This document shows, piece by piece, positions 41,285-49,423 of a stretch of DNA of 64,000 nucleotides. How positions within the stretch are numbered: the first letter of the stretch is position 1; each line of letters starts with the position of its first letter. This DNA is from a bacterium (GTDB taxonomy: Bacteria; Bacillota; Clostridia; Lachnospirales; Lachnospiraceae). A program made the translations under genes and the position numbers. Where the stretch lies: positions 6,002-70,001 of the forward strand of contig CAVICC010000002.1 of the NCBI GenBank assembly GCA_963641405.1, in the 5' to 3' direction. Under the pieces are notes generated by a model that saw nothing but the letters and a program-made list of their open reading frames with translations, searched no databases and was not told where the DNA came from.

Positions 41285-42724
41285 TTAATCCACCATACTT
41301 CCGGTAAGCGATACCACTGGTTTTTCTGTGCTAAGTTTGCTTATATCTATATTGCTCTCATATACGTCTACCTTCACGTCATAGATTCTGTCAGTAACAG
41401 TATCTCTTGTAAGGTTTCTTTTCTCAATCCTATTGATCTGTGCTGCGCTGCCATTTGAATTATACTGATATATTGTCTGTTCATTCGACATTTCCTGGGA
41501 TGTATTACCAAGGTTATTTCCAAAATTTGATGCAATTGTCGTATATGCCTTAGACGTACCGCCTGAATTATTCTCATCTACATTTATAAGCACCTTATAC
41601 TTTTGTTCAGCTCCACTAAGATCTGATAGTCCATCAGTCTTTTGTTTTACAAGATTTACTGTACAATTGACTTTATTTTTGTTATTTATAATAATCCTGT
41701 CAGATACTGTTTCAGCCGTTAAACCTGTCGATGTATACCACGGATAGTAAAACAAATAAATATTTCTAAGATCATTATTTAGTGGATCTGATGTATTGTC
41801 AAATATAATACTTGTATAATTTGCTTTTTTTGCAGAACCTTCTGCCGGAAATGTCTTATAAGCATAATTACCATTTGCATCTTTATACTTGTATTTATAT
41901 GAATATGACACAGATACTTTGGTATTTGTCGATTTCTCAATATCTATGGTAATAGTTCTTGTCACATCGCTTTGCAAAATCTTTTCTGTAACAAGACTAT
42001 CATTTGTCAATTCCGTACTTAAATCCTTAAAAGTTATCTTATCTGTAGCGATAGCATCATGATCAAAATCCATTGCAGACAGATCCGCTATCGGTGTTGT
42101 ATTGTATTTGGTTTTCTGTCCGCTATTTGCCTCATCTACATTGCCGTCAGTATCGGTTGCCTCATCTGCCCTTGCATCCATCGTAACAAGTGCATTGTAG
42201 CGCTTGGTTCCTGATTTTACATTTGTCATATAAAAATAGTATTTATGACTTGTCGTATTCTCAATGAAGCTCCATTTATTCGTATCATTTATCGTAGCCG
42301 TTGTATCAGTCTTATGAATTGAGCTTGTGATATGACTGTCTTTCTCATCATCTGTGATTTCGCTATCAATATTTTCAAGCTTTACGACTGATGAATATAC
42401 GATGTCTCCACCGGAATTAGTAGAAAGCAGTAATTCCTGCGAATTGCTTTCGTTTGTGCTCATGTCAAATCCATCTGCCACATCAAACCCTTCCGACGGA
42501 TAATTAAACTGATATGCAAGTGATCTCATGGAGTTTTTCTCAATACCCTCCATGATATTCTCCGCAAGATGTGTGGCATTTAATTGATTTCTTGACTTGA
42601 CATTTGTTTTTGCAGCTGTAACAAAGCTATTCAAAAAAGGAAGCACGATTATTGCAAGAATAGCTATAGACACAATAAGTTCAACTAGTGTAATTCCTCG
42701 ATCATCGTCCCTTAACTTTCTCAA
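41285..42724 (-). CDS. Large type IV minor pilin (PilV-like N-terminus)
   Basis: RG|ITLVELIVSIAILAIIV, ATHLAENIME; TTG start after AGGAGG. Confidence 0.85.
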   Translation of the reverse strand: MRKLRDDDRGITLVELIVSIAILAIIVLPFLNSFVTAAKTNVKSRNQLNATHLAENIMEGIEKNSMRSLAYQFNYPSEGFDVADGFDMSTNESNSQELLLSTNSGGDIVYSSVVKLENIDSEITDDEKDSHITSSIHKTDTTATINDTNKWSFIENTTSHKYYFYMTNVKSGTKRYNALVTMDARADEATDTDGNVDEANSGQKTKYNTTPIADLSAMDFDHDAIATDKITFKDLSTELTNDSLVTEKILQSDVTRTITIDIEKSTNTKVSVSYSYKYKYKDANGNYAYKTFPAEGSAKKANYTSIIFDNTSDPLNNDLRNIYLFYYPWYTSTGLTAETVSDRIIINNKNKVNCTVNLVKQKTDGLSDLSGAEQKYKVLINVDENNSGGTSKAYTTIASNFGNNLGNTSQEMSNEQTIYQYNSNGSAAQINRIEKRNLTRDTVTDRIYDVKVDVYESNIDISKLSTEKPVVSLTGSMVD

Positions 42725-42755
42725 ATCGGCTTCCTCCTTAGGTCATATTTTTATT

Positions 42756-43490
42756 TTAATTAAGTGTACCAAACAGGTTATCTGTACCATGTGGTATGCT
42801 AGGTATTACCGGTGGCTCGTATGGCTTATCAAGTCCATAGACAAAATACGAATCAGCAACAAGCTCCCCAGTAAGATTTCCGGTCGAATCATCAAAATTG
42901 ATATTCAAACTGCTTATTGTCTTTTTGTTTGTAGAGCCTAATACCTGTTCAAGCACGGATTTCAAACCGTGATACTCTGTGGTAAATGACATGGCTGAGT
43001 TTACATCATATAACTGATAACCACTTACGGATGATTGTACATTTGAATTATCCTGAGTGCTACTACTATCCGAGTCAGATGGTGTTTCTACACTATCTGT
43101 ATCAGTACTGCTATCGATTCCTGTATTATCAGACTCCGTAGCTGCAACATCTATCGCCACCGGGTCAGATACTGTCAGCTCAGAGATTGTGGTATTTGTG
43201 GATTTTTCGATAGCAACTGCATCCATAATGCCATTTTCGGTCTGCAAATATGAAGGAAAATTATCATATATCTTTTGCATATCATCTGACATGTTCTGAG
43301 TTTCTTCTGTATAATCATCCGCTTTAGCTGCAAGGGCGGACAACTGTGAATACTGCGATTTGAGATTGGTATTTTCTATCTGCAGTTGTTCTCTTTTATC
43401 CGCCTGTGGCGAAAAGACGAAAAAATATGTAAATGCTAAAACGGCAACTCCTACTAATATAATAAGTAATTTTTTGTCTCTGGTCGACAT
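42756..43490 (-). CDS. PilO-like pilus alignment protein
   Basis: MSTRDKKLL + TM + coiled coil; directly after pilMN. Confidence 0.65.
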   Translation of the reverse strand: MSTRDKKLLIILVGVAVLAFTYFFVFSPQADKREQLQIENTNLKSQYSQLSALAAKADDYTEETQNMSDDMQKIYDNFPSYLQTENGIMDAVAIEKSTNTTISELTVSDPVAIDVAATESDNTGIDSSTDTDSVETPSDSDSSSTQDNSNVQSSVSGYQLYDVNSAMSFTTEYHGLKSVLEQVLGSTNKKTISSLNINFDDSTGNLTGELVADSYFVYGLDKPYEPPVIPSIPHGTDNLFGTLN

Positions 43491-43501
43491 CTTAACACCT
43501 C

Positions 43502-45298
43502 CTACTGCTGACTGTCCTGATCGCTGTCTGTACTATCTATACTATCCATACTTTCTGTACTATCTACACTTTCTGTATCATCTGAGATGTTTACATATAT
43601 GCAATCAACTGTAAACTGAACTCTTGCGGCTCCAGTCTCATCAATCTCTTCTGTGATTGTCGAAACATTTGAAACCTTGATACTGTCAAAAGTACGAAGC
43701 TGCGAGATCACATCTGCCGCCACTTCCTTGCTTCCCTGGGAGATAGTCATTGAAACTCCATCTGTGGTAACAGACATAGTGACAAGTTTTGCCTCCGATG
43801 GAAACTTCTGTTCTAATTCATCTATCAATGATACTATCTCATCATTATGGTTGGACGAAGCATCCTCCAAAAGAAGTGTCCAGTCATAATCACTCTTTGT
43901 CTGATTGTATACATCATATATGTTCTGCGCATACGAAAGGTCTGATACTCTTGCTTTAAGCGTCATATTGTCAGAAGTTAAAGCAAGATTTGAGAATATG
44001 CTGTATGCAGCCATTGCTACCGCGCCTACAACACAAAGCCCAAATATAACAAGCGGTACTATATATGATACCTTCTCTTCTTCCGGTGCTGCCTGTGCCG
44101 CAACTGGCTGTCCATCCAGGCTTATGACATCTGGATTTGATGCCGGAACAGGAATATCTTTAGCTTTATGTATACTCTTTTTTTCATTATCAAGTATAGG
44201 TAATGGTCTAAGTGAACATCCTATGCAGTTAAAATATTCGGCAATCTTTGTCTCTGCAAGATTAATATTTTTTGCAACATGTATTCCATCAAACTGCTGT
44301 AGCGGAACGACTTTATAATTAAGCTCGTTTGTAAGCAGTTTTGAAAGTCCGCTAAAATCTGCACCAAGTCCTATCAAAAAGACTCTCTCTATAGGTCTGT
44401 CCACGTTTCTTGACTGATAATAGTCTATTACTCGTCCTATACTGCTAACCATATTAGAAAGAGCATAGTATACATTTGTGCGCAGTCTTTTGAATTTCTC
44501 AGAGTCTATCTCATGCCCCTGTTCATCGCGTTCTATTTCTTCCGGTACATTGCTGTCGTTCTTTAATTGGATACAGGTCTTTCTTCTGGCAACATCTATC
44601 GCATCAGAAAATGACAGATATTCTCCAAAAAGTTCACTGTCCTGTATCTCTTCAATTGCCTCGGCAAGTCCATAATTTACGTTGCGCTGGAGCTTTATTG
44701 TGTCTCCATCCATAACCGTAAGTATGGATGATACCTCGTCAACTTTTATGGTCATCTTTATATCACCGGGAATTTCTCGCTTCATGAGCTGCTTTATGGC
44801 ATTACCGCTATAATCAAGCGCTACCAGCTGTAATCTGCACTCAGCAGCTAGAGTAAGATATGATAAAATAAGATCGTTAGGCACAGCAATAACCGAAAGA
44901 CGCATTTTCTTTTCTTCCGGTCGGTCAATTTTCTCTATGATTTCGTGCACCAGTTTGTACTGACTAAGGTCTACAGGGAAATAATCCGAAGCATTCATCT
45001 TAAGCATTTCCTTGACCTGTTTTTCCTTTACAAGTGGAAACTCAATTTCTCTGCTTGCAATACGGGCCGAATTTAAAACAAATACGGCTTTATTTGTACT
45101 TATTCGTTTTTCCTTTAGTTTTCCACTGAGTATGGATTGAAACATGCTGCCCGGTTGTACTACACCATCATCTGTCAGTCCCGGTGGTGTAGAGAAACTA
45201 AACATATTGTAAATCTTCGGATTCTTTGATTTATAATCAATCTCAACGACTCTGGTAAGGTTTTGTCCTATCTCGATTCCCAGTACTTTATTCGCCAT
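43502..45298 (-). CDS. pilM: PilM-PilN fusion pilus assembly protein
   Basis: Actin-like PilM domain (VLGIEIG...IDYYQSR...LIGLGA), then a TM and a PilN-like C-terminal domain. Confidence 0.85.
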   Translation of the reverse strand: MANKVLGIEIGQNLTRVVEIDYKSKNPKIYNMFSFSTPPGLTDDGVVQPGSMFQSILSGKLKEKRISTNKAVFVLNSARIASREIEFPLVKEKQVKEMLKMNASDYFPVDLSQYKLVHEIIEKIDRPEEKKMRLSVIAVPNDLILSYLTLAAECRLQLVALDYSGNAIKQLMKREIPGDIKMTIKVDEVSSILTVMDGDTIKLQRNVNYGLAEAIEEIQDSELFGEYLSFSDAIDVARRKTCIQLKNDSNVPEEIERDEQGHEIDSEKFKRLRTNVYYALSNMVSSIGRVIDYYQSRNVDRPIERVFLIGLGADFSGLSKLLTNELNYKVVPLQQFDGIHVAKNINLAETKIAEYFNCIGCSLRPLPILDNEKKSIHKAKDIPVPASNPDVISLDGQPVAAQAAPEEEKVSYIVPLVIFGLCVVGAVAMAAYSIFSNLALTSDNMTLKARVSDLSYAQNIYDVYNQTKSDYDWTLLLEDASSNHNDEIVSLIDELEQKFPSEAKLVTMSVTTDGVSMTISQGSKEVAADVISQLRTFDSIKVSNVSTITEEIDETGAARVQFTVDCIYVNISDDTESVDSTESMDSIDSTDSDQDSQQ

Positions 45299-45339
45299 AA
45301 CTAGTCCTCCATTGTGTCTGTTGGGGTGGGGGTGGTTTT

Positions 45340-46101
45340 TTAAAATCCGGCCAGTATCAAATATGCCGATATCATTTTCTCACCCCACAGCATCGAAATA
45401 AATATTCCGGCTGCCAAGTATGGTCCCATCGCCAACATTCTGTCGGCTCTAAAAAATTTCATACGGATAAGATGGATCACGGAACCGATGATACATCCTA
45501 AAAAGAAAGCTAATATAATGTTTCGCCAGCCTATTGCCAGTCCGGCACACGCCATGAGCTTGACATCTCCGCCACCTATGGCCCTTCCACTGCTCACCAA
45601 AAGGAGCAGCTCTAAGAATACACTGACGCAAAAAAATCCTATCACATATTCAGACCAGTTTGCATGATCTATAAACACATGTAGGATTCCAAGCACCAGA
45701 ATATATACATTGATTCCAAATGGAATTTCATATGTTCTCCAATCTATCACACTTAAGACTATAAGTGCTGATGTAAGAAGGCAATAAATAATGCTTGAGG
45801 CTTCAAAGCCATTTACTGCAAATATTATAACATACAAGATACCATTTATCGCCTCAATTATAGGGTATTGAGGAGATATAGGTTCTTTACACTTGCGGCA
45901 TCTTCCCCGCAAGATAAGAAAACTAAATACCGGCACCATATCATACCAAGCTAACTGATAACCGCACTTCATACAGTGGGACCTTTCGGTCACCACTGTC
46001 TCATGCATTGGTATGCGGTAGATACAGACGTTTAGGAAACTGCCTATAACAATTCCGAATGTAAATATTAAAATGTAGATTGGGATTAGTTCTAAGGTCA
46101 T
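45340..46101 (-). CDS. pilD: Prepilin peptidase
   Basis: GSFLNVCIYRIP, CxxC...CxxC, IDWRTYEIP, GGGDVKL, MGPYL; start taken at ATG 46101. Confidence 0.95.
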   Translation of the reverse strand: MTLELIPIYILIFTFGIVIGSFLNVCIYRIPMHETVVTERSHCMKCGYQLAWYDMVPVFSFLILRGRCRKCKEPISPQYPIIEAINGILYVIIFAVNGFEASSIIYCLLTSALIVLSVIDWRTYEIPFGINVYILVLGILHVFIDHANWSEYVIGFFCVSVFLELLLLVSSGRAIGGGDVKLMACAGLAIGWRNIILAFFLGCIIGSVIHLIRMKFFRADRMLAMGPYLAAGIFISMLWGEKMISAYLILAGF

Positions 46102-46105
46102 TGAA

Positions 46106-46588
46106 TCAATCTCCACTTAATTCACGTTTTACAAATTTTGAACTGTCGGCTTCATCTACCATATAGTAAGAATCGGTTGTAGCTTCATCAAGACTATATA
46201 CTACAGTCCCCGTACTAGGTGTATATGTAATCGTAATTGCAGTCCATTTTTTCCCCTTAAGTTTTGCACTAGCTAATCCAGCTTCTTGAAGTGCTTCTGT
46301 AGAAGCAGTACTACCTTCAGTCAATGTGCAAGTACTACTTAACTTCACTTTAACTGTAGTCGGAAGTACATCTTTATCTGCATAGTATGACTTTATAGCA
46401 GTAACAATACTATCGCAGTTCTGTATATCTGTAGCTTCTCTTGATTTCTCAACATATTTGATGAGCTGTGGAGCAAGTACCCCAACAAGTACTGCCATGA
46501 TGGCAATTACAACGATAAGCTCTACGAGAGAGAAACCTTTGTTATTCTTTCTTCTCTTTTCATTCTTTTTAAGTACATTCTTTACCAT
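46106..46588 (-). CDS. pilA: Type IV pilin, probable major subunit
   Basis: NKG|FSLVELIVVIAIMAVLVGVLAPQLIKYVEKSR; 160 aa; own promoter and strong AAGGAG RBS. Confidence 0.88.
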   Translation of the reverse strand: MVKNVLKKNEKRRKNNKGFSLVELIVVIAIMAVLVGVLAPQLIKYVEKSREATDIQNCDSIVTAIKSYYADKDVLPTTVKVKLSSTCTLTEGSTASTEALQEAGLASAKLKGKKWTAITITYTPSTGTVVYSLDEATTDSYYMVDEADSSKFVKRELSGD

Positions 46589-46655
46589 ATTCTTTTCTCC
46601 TTTTCATTGTATGGTTTTTTTCGGCAGGAGCTGATGCCCTATCCACAGCTCCTTT

Positions 46656-46710
46656 TATATAGGAAAATTGTACCACTTCATTCTCGCGATTGCAAGCATA
46701 AAATGGTACA
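46656..46710 (-). promoter_or_regulatory. pilA promoter with flanking TGTACCA inverted repeat
   Basis: Minus strand TTGCAA-17-TACAAT with extended -10 TG; near-duplicate at 51148-51202. Confidence 0.75.
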
Positions 46711-46742
46711 AAAGTCATGTTATTTATTCAAACTTCCCACTT

Positions 46743-46806
46743 GTTATTTTGGCGTGGTGCCGCCTGGGATATGGGCTGCGCGGTTACAGGTAGCAGAACT
46801 CGCTTC
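46743..46806 (+). repeat. Degenerate partial copy of the REP-like element at 48247-48324
   Basis: GTTATTTTggcGTGGtgCCGcCTGGGa-TatGGGcTGCGCGGTT...GCAgAACTCG aligns with the 48247 copy; right arm missing. Confidence 0.65.
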
Positions 46807-47000
46807 GATTGCTAATTTGTTGGCATCGGTTTTGGGCTCTTATGATTATTTATGTTCATTTTACAGTTGTACATTTGAGCCGTGGTGTGCGTCTATGACA
46901 TACGCTTGCTCTATGACGTGTCGTGTGGGAGTTCAATGCCGGCCTCCAGCTATAGGTTGCAATCTTCTCTTAATCGTTGACACCGAACATTTTTTCTATT

Positions 47001-48215
47001 TTACAGGCTATCCATTGCAGAGTACATGGTGATCATAGGTGCCATAATTGCTGCTACAAGCACTCCTACGATAGCTGCAAGGAGCAGGATTATCATAGGC
47101 TCGATAGCTGCCATTACTGTCTGTGTGGCCATCTCTACTTCCTCGTCATAGTAATCTGCAAGACGGTTAAGCATGCCCTCAAGATCTCCAGTTTCCTCTC
47201 CGATCTTTGTCATGTGAGACACCATAGGAGGGAAAAGTCCGCATGCCGTAATAGGCTCTGAGAGCGGTACACCTTTGCTTACCTCTTCTCTGGCATTTTG
47301 CAACGCTCTTTTGTAGAGGTAATTGTTCATGGTATTTGCGGTGATGCCGAGTGCATCTATCATCGGAAGTCCTGAATAGACGAGTGTGCTAAGTGTACGT
47401 GCATAGTTTGATGCAGCTGTCTTGATGTTTAATTTTCCAAATATAGGCAGTTTTCTGGCAAGCGTGCCGAAAAATATCTGACCGCTGTCCGTTTTTTTGT
47501 AAAGCTTTATCGCTACCACGATTATGACTATTAATGCTATTATTATATACCAGTAACCTGTTACAAAATTGCTCATTGCCACTACTGCCTTTGTGATGCC
47601 CGGAAGTTCTGTTCCAAGGTCATTGAACATATCTGAGTAGCTTGGGATTACTTTTACAAGCATTACGATTACAACTACTACGGCTACTATTGCAACGATT
47701 ATAGGATACATTGCGGCTTTTTTGATAAGGCCGTTTAATTTTGCAGATTTTTCAAAATGGGCAGCCATTCTGTCAAATGCTACATCAATTTTTCCTGATG
47801 CCTCACCTGCTGCAACCATGCTTACCATGATGTTTGGGAATACATTCGGATATTTTTTTAATCCCTCTGAGAGGTTCTCTCCTTTCTGGATCTCGGCATG
47901 CACACCTCTTATGGCTTTTGCCATGGTTTTGTTCTCAGTCTGATCTGAAAGCATATCGAGCGTATCAAGGATCGTAACTCCGGCATTTATCATACTCGTA
48001 AACTGTCGACAGAATACTGACAGGTCTCTAGGTTTTACTTTTCCTCCGAAGCTAAATGATATCTCTTTGGTAAGTGTGGTTGCCTTTGTGAGTCTTATGA
48101 CCATATTGCCGTCGAGCTTTAACTTATTTTTTGCCTCGGCTTCGGTATCAGCTACTATATTTCCCTTTCTTTCTTTTCCGTTTGGATCTATGACCTGATA
48201 TGTCCAATCAGCCAT
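47001..48215 (-). CDS. pilC: Type IV pilus platform protein PilC (GspF family)
   Basis: FCRQFTSMINAG, AAGEASG, AAMYP, IGEETGDL, IEPMII; ATG 48215 after AGGAGG. Confidence 0.95.
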   Translation of the reverse strand: MADWTYQVIDPNGKERKGNIVADTEAEAKNKLKLDGNMVIRLTKATTLTKEISFSFGGKVKPRDLSVFCRQFTSMINAGVTILDTLDMLSDQTENKTMAKAIRGVHAEIQKGENLSEGLKKYPNVFPNIMVSMVAAGEASGKIDVAFDRMAAHFEKSAKLNGLIKKAAMYPIIVAIVAVVVVIVMLVKVIPSYSDMFNDLGTELPGITKAVVAMSNFVTGYWYIIIALIVIIVVAIKLYKKTDSGQIFFGTLARKLPIFGKLNIKTAASNYARTLSTLVYSGLPMIDALGITANTMNNYLYKRALQNAREEVSKGVPLSEPITACGLFPPMVSHMTKIGEETGDLEGMLNRLADYYDEEVEMATQTVMAAIEPMIILLLAAIVGVLVAAIMAPMITMYSAMDSL

Positions 48216-48258
48216 TTTCTTCCTCCTAATCATTGTATTTATGCACGTTATTTTAATG

Positions 48259-48324
48259 TGGCACCGTCTGGGGGTGCGGGTTGCGCGGTTGTCTATTGCA
48301 TAACTCGTATCCCAGACGGTGCCA
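48259..48324 (+). repeat. GC-rich REP-like palindrome
   Basis: Perfect 14-bp IR TGGCACCGTCTGGG/CCCAGACGGTGCCA, extended inward by a G.T-rich stem. Confidence 0.8.
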
Positions 48325-48352
48325 GTAATATTCTACATGTAATAAGATTGAA

Positions 48353-49411
48353 TTAATAATACAAGTGCACACGATTTGCCATGTTTAAAGGATCATGTGC
48401 ATATGATACTGCTGTCTCCGGTGCTATGAGTCCCTCATTGAAATAACCCATGATACAGTCATCCATGGTCTGCATTCCCTCTCTCTTCGATGTCTGTATG
48501 ATGGATGGGATCTGGAACGCTTTTGCTTCACGAATGAGATTACGGATGGCATTGTTTGCAAGCAATACCTCAAAAGCTGCCACACGTCCGCCATTTGTCA
48601 TAGGAAGAAGCTGCTGTGCCACTATTCCCTCGAGTACCCCTGAAAGCTGCACTCTGATCTGCTGTTGCTGGTGTGGTGGAAATACATCTATGATTCGATC
48701 AACTGCATCAGCCGCACTGTTTGTATGCAGTGTGGAGAATACGAGATGACCAGTTTCTGCTGCCGTGATGGCTGTTGAGATAGTCTCAAGATCTCGCATC
48801 TCCCCTACAAGTATTACATCCGGATCCTGTCTAAGTGCTGCACGCAGTGCTGTGGCATATGACATTGTATCTTTTCCTATCTCTCGCTGTGTGACTATTG
48901 AGCGCTTCTTTGAGTGAAGGTACTCGATAGGATCTTCGAGCGTGATTATATTTTTGGAATCTCTTTTTGCTATTACATCTATTAGGCTTGCAAGTGTGGT
49001 CGATTTACCACTTCCTGTAGCACCTGTTACGAGGACAAGTCCTCTCATCTTTGTAGTAAGATTTACAACTGCCTGAGGGATGCCAAGTGTCTTTGGCTCC
49101 GGCACATCATATGATAAAATTCTAAGGGCTGCCGCATATGAACCTCTCTGTCTAAATACATTTGCTCTGACTCTTGAGAAACCTTCTACTGAAAATGCAA
49201 AGTCAAGTTCTCCATTTGTCTTTAGCTCGTCGAGCAGTTCCGGAGGCACTATCGGCTTTAATATGCTGTCAGTCTCCATTGCCGTAAGGTTCAAGTCTCC
49301 CTGTGGCACAAGCCGCCCATCTATACGCAACATTACAGGATTGCCAGGTGCGATGTGTATGTCTGATGAGTTCTGCCTTTTTGCCAGGGCAAGTATGTCT
49401 TCCATCTGCAT
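48353..49411 (-). CDS. pilT: Type IV pilus retraction ATPase PilT
   Basis: SDIHI, GATGSGKSTT, EDPIE, LRQDPDVILVGEMRD, TLHT, AIRNLIRE motif. Confidence 0.96.
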   Translation of the reverse strand: MQMEDILALAKRQNSSDIHIAPGNPVMLRIDGRLVPQGDLNLTAMETDSILKPIVPPELLDELKTNGELDFAFSVEGFSRVRANVFRQRGSYAAALRILSYDVPEPKTLGIPQAVVNLTTKMRGLVLVTGATGSGKSTTLASLIDVIAKRDSKNIITLEDPIEYLHSKKRSIVTQREIGKDTMSYATALRAALRQDPDVILVGEMRDLETISTAITAAETGHLVFSTLHTNSAADAVDRIIDVFPPHQQQQIRVQLSGVLEGIVAQQLLPMTNGGRVAAFEVLLANNAIRNLIREAKAFQIPSIIQTSKREGMQTMDDCIMGYFNEGLIAPETAVSYAHDPLNMANRVHLYY

Positions 49412-49423
49412 GATAATATCTCC

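Noticed and set aside
43502..43580. 9-bp-period repeat at the pilMN 3' end (DSTESVDSTESMDSIDSTD)
   Set aside because: In-frame degenerate low-complexity tail; no frameshift potential.
43502..45298. PilM-PilN fusion as a novelty
   Set aside because: Already known in clostridial type IV pilus loci.
46924..46952. tRNA 3'-end-like text GGGAGTTCAATGCCGGCCTCCAGC (possible att relic)
   Set aside because: T-stem does not pair and no matching acceptor 5' strand is present.
46711..47000. c-di-GMP riboswitch upstream of pilA
   Set aside because: No GEMM-I or GEMM-II consensus recognised and the likely promoter lies downstream; an Rfam scan would be decisive.
46607..47032. 141-aa plus-strand ORF in the pilC-pilA spacer
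   Set aside because: TTG start without RBS, odd composition, overlaps the pilA promoter and a repeat element.
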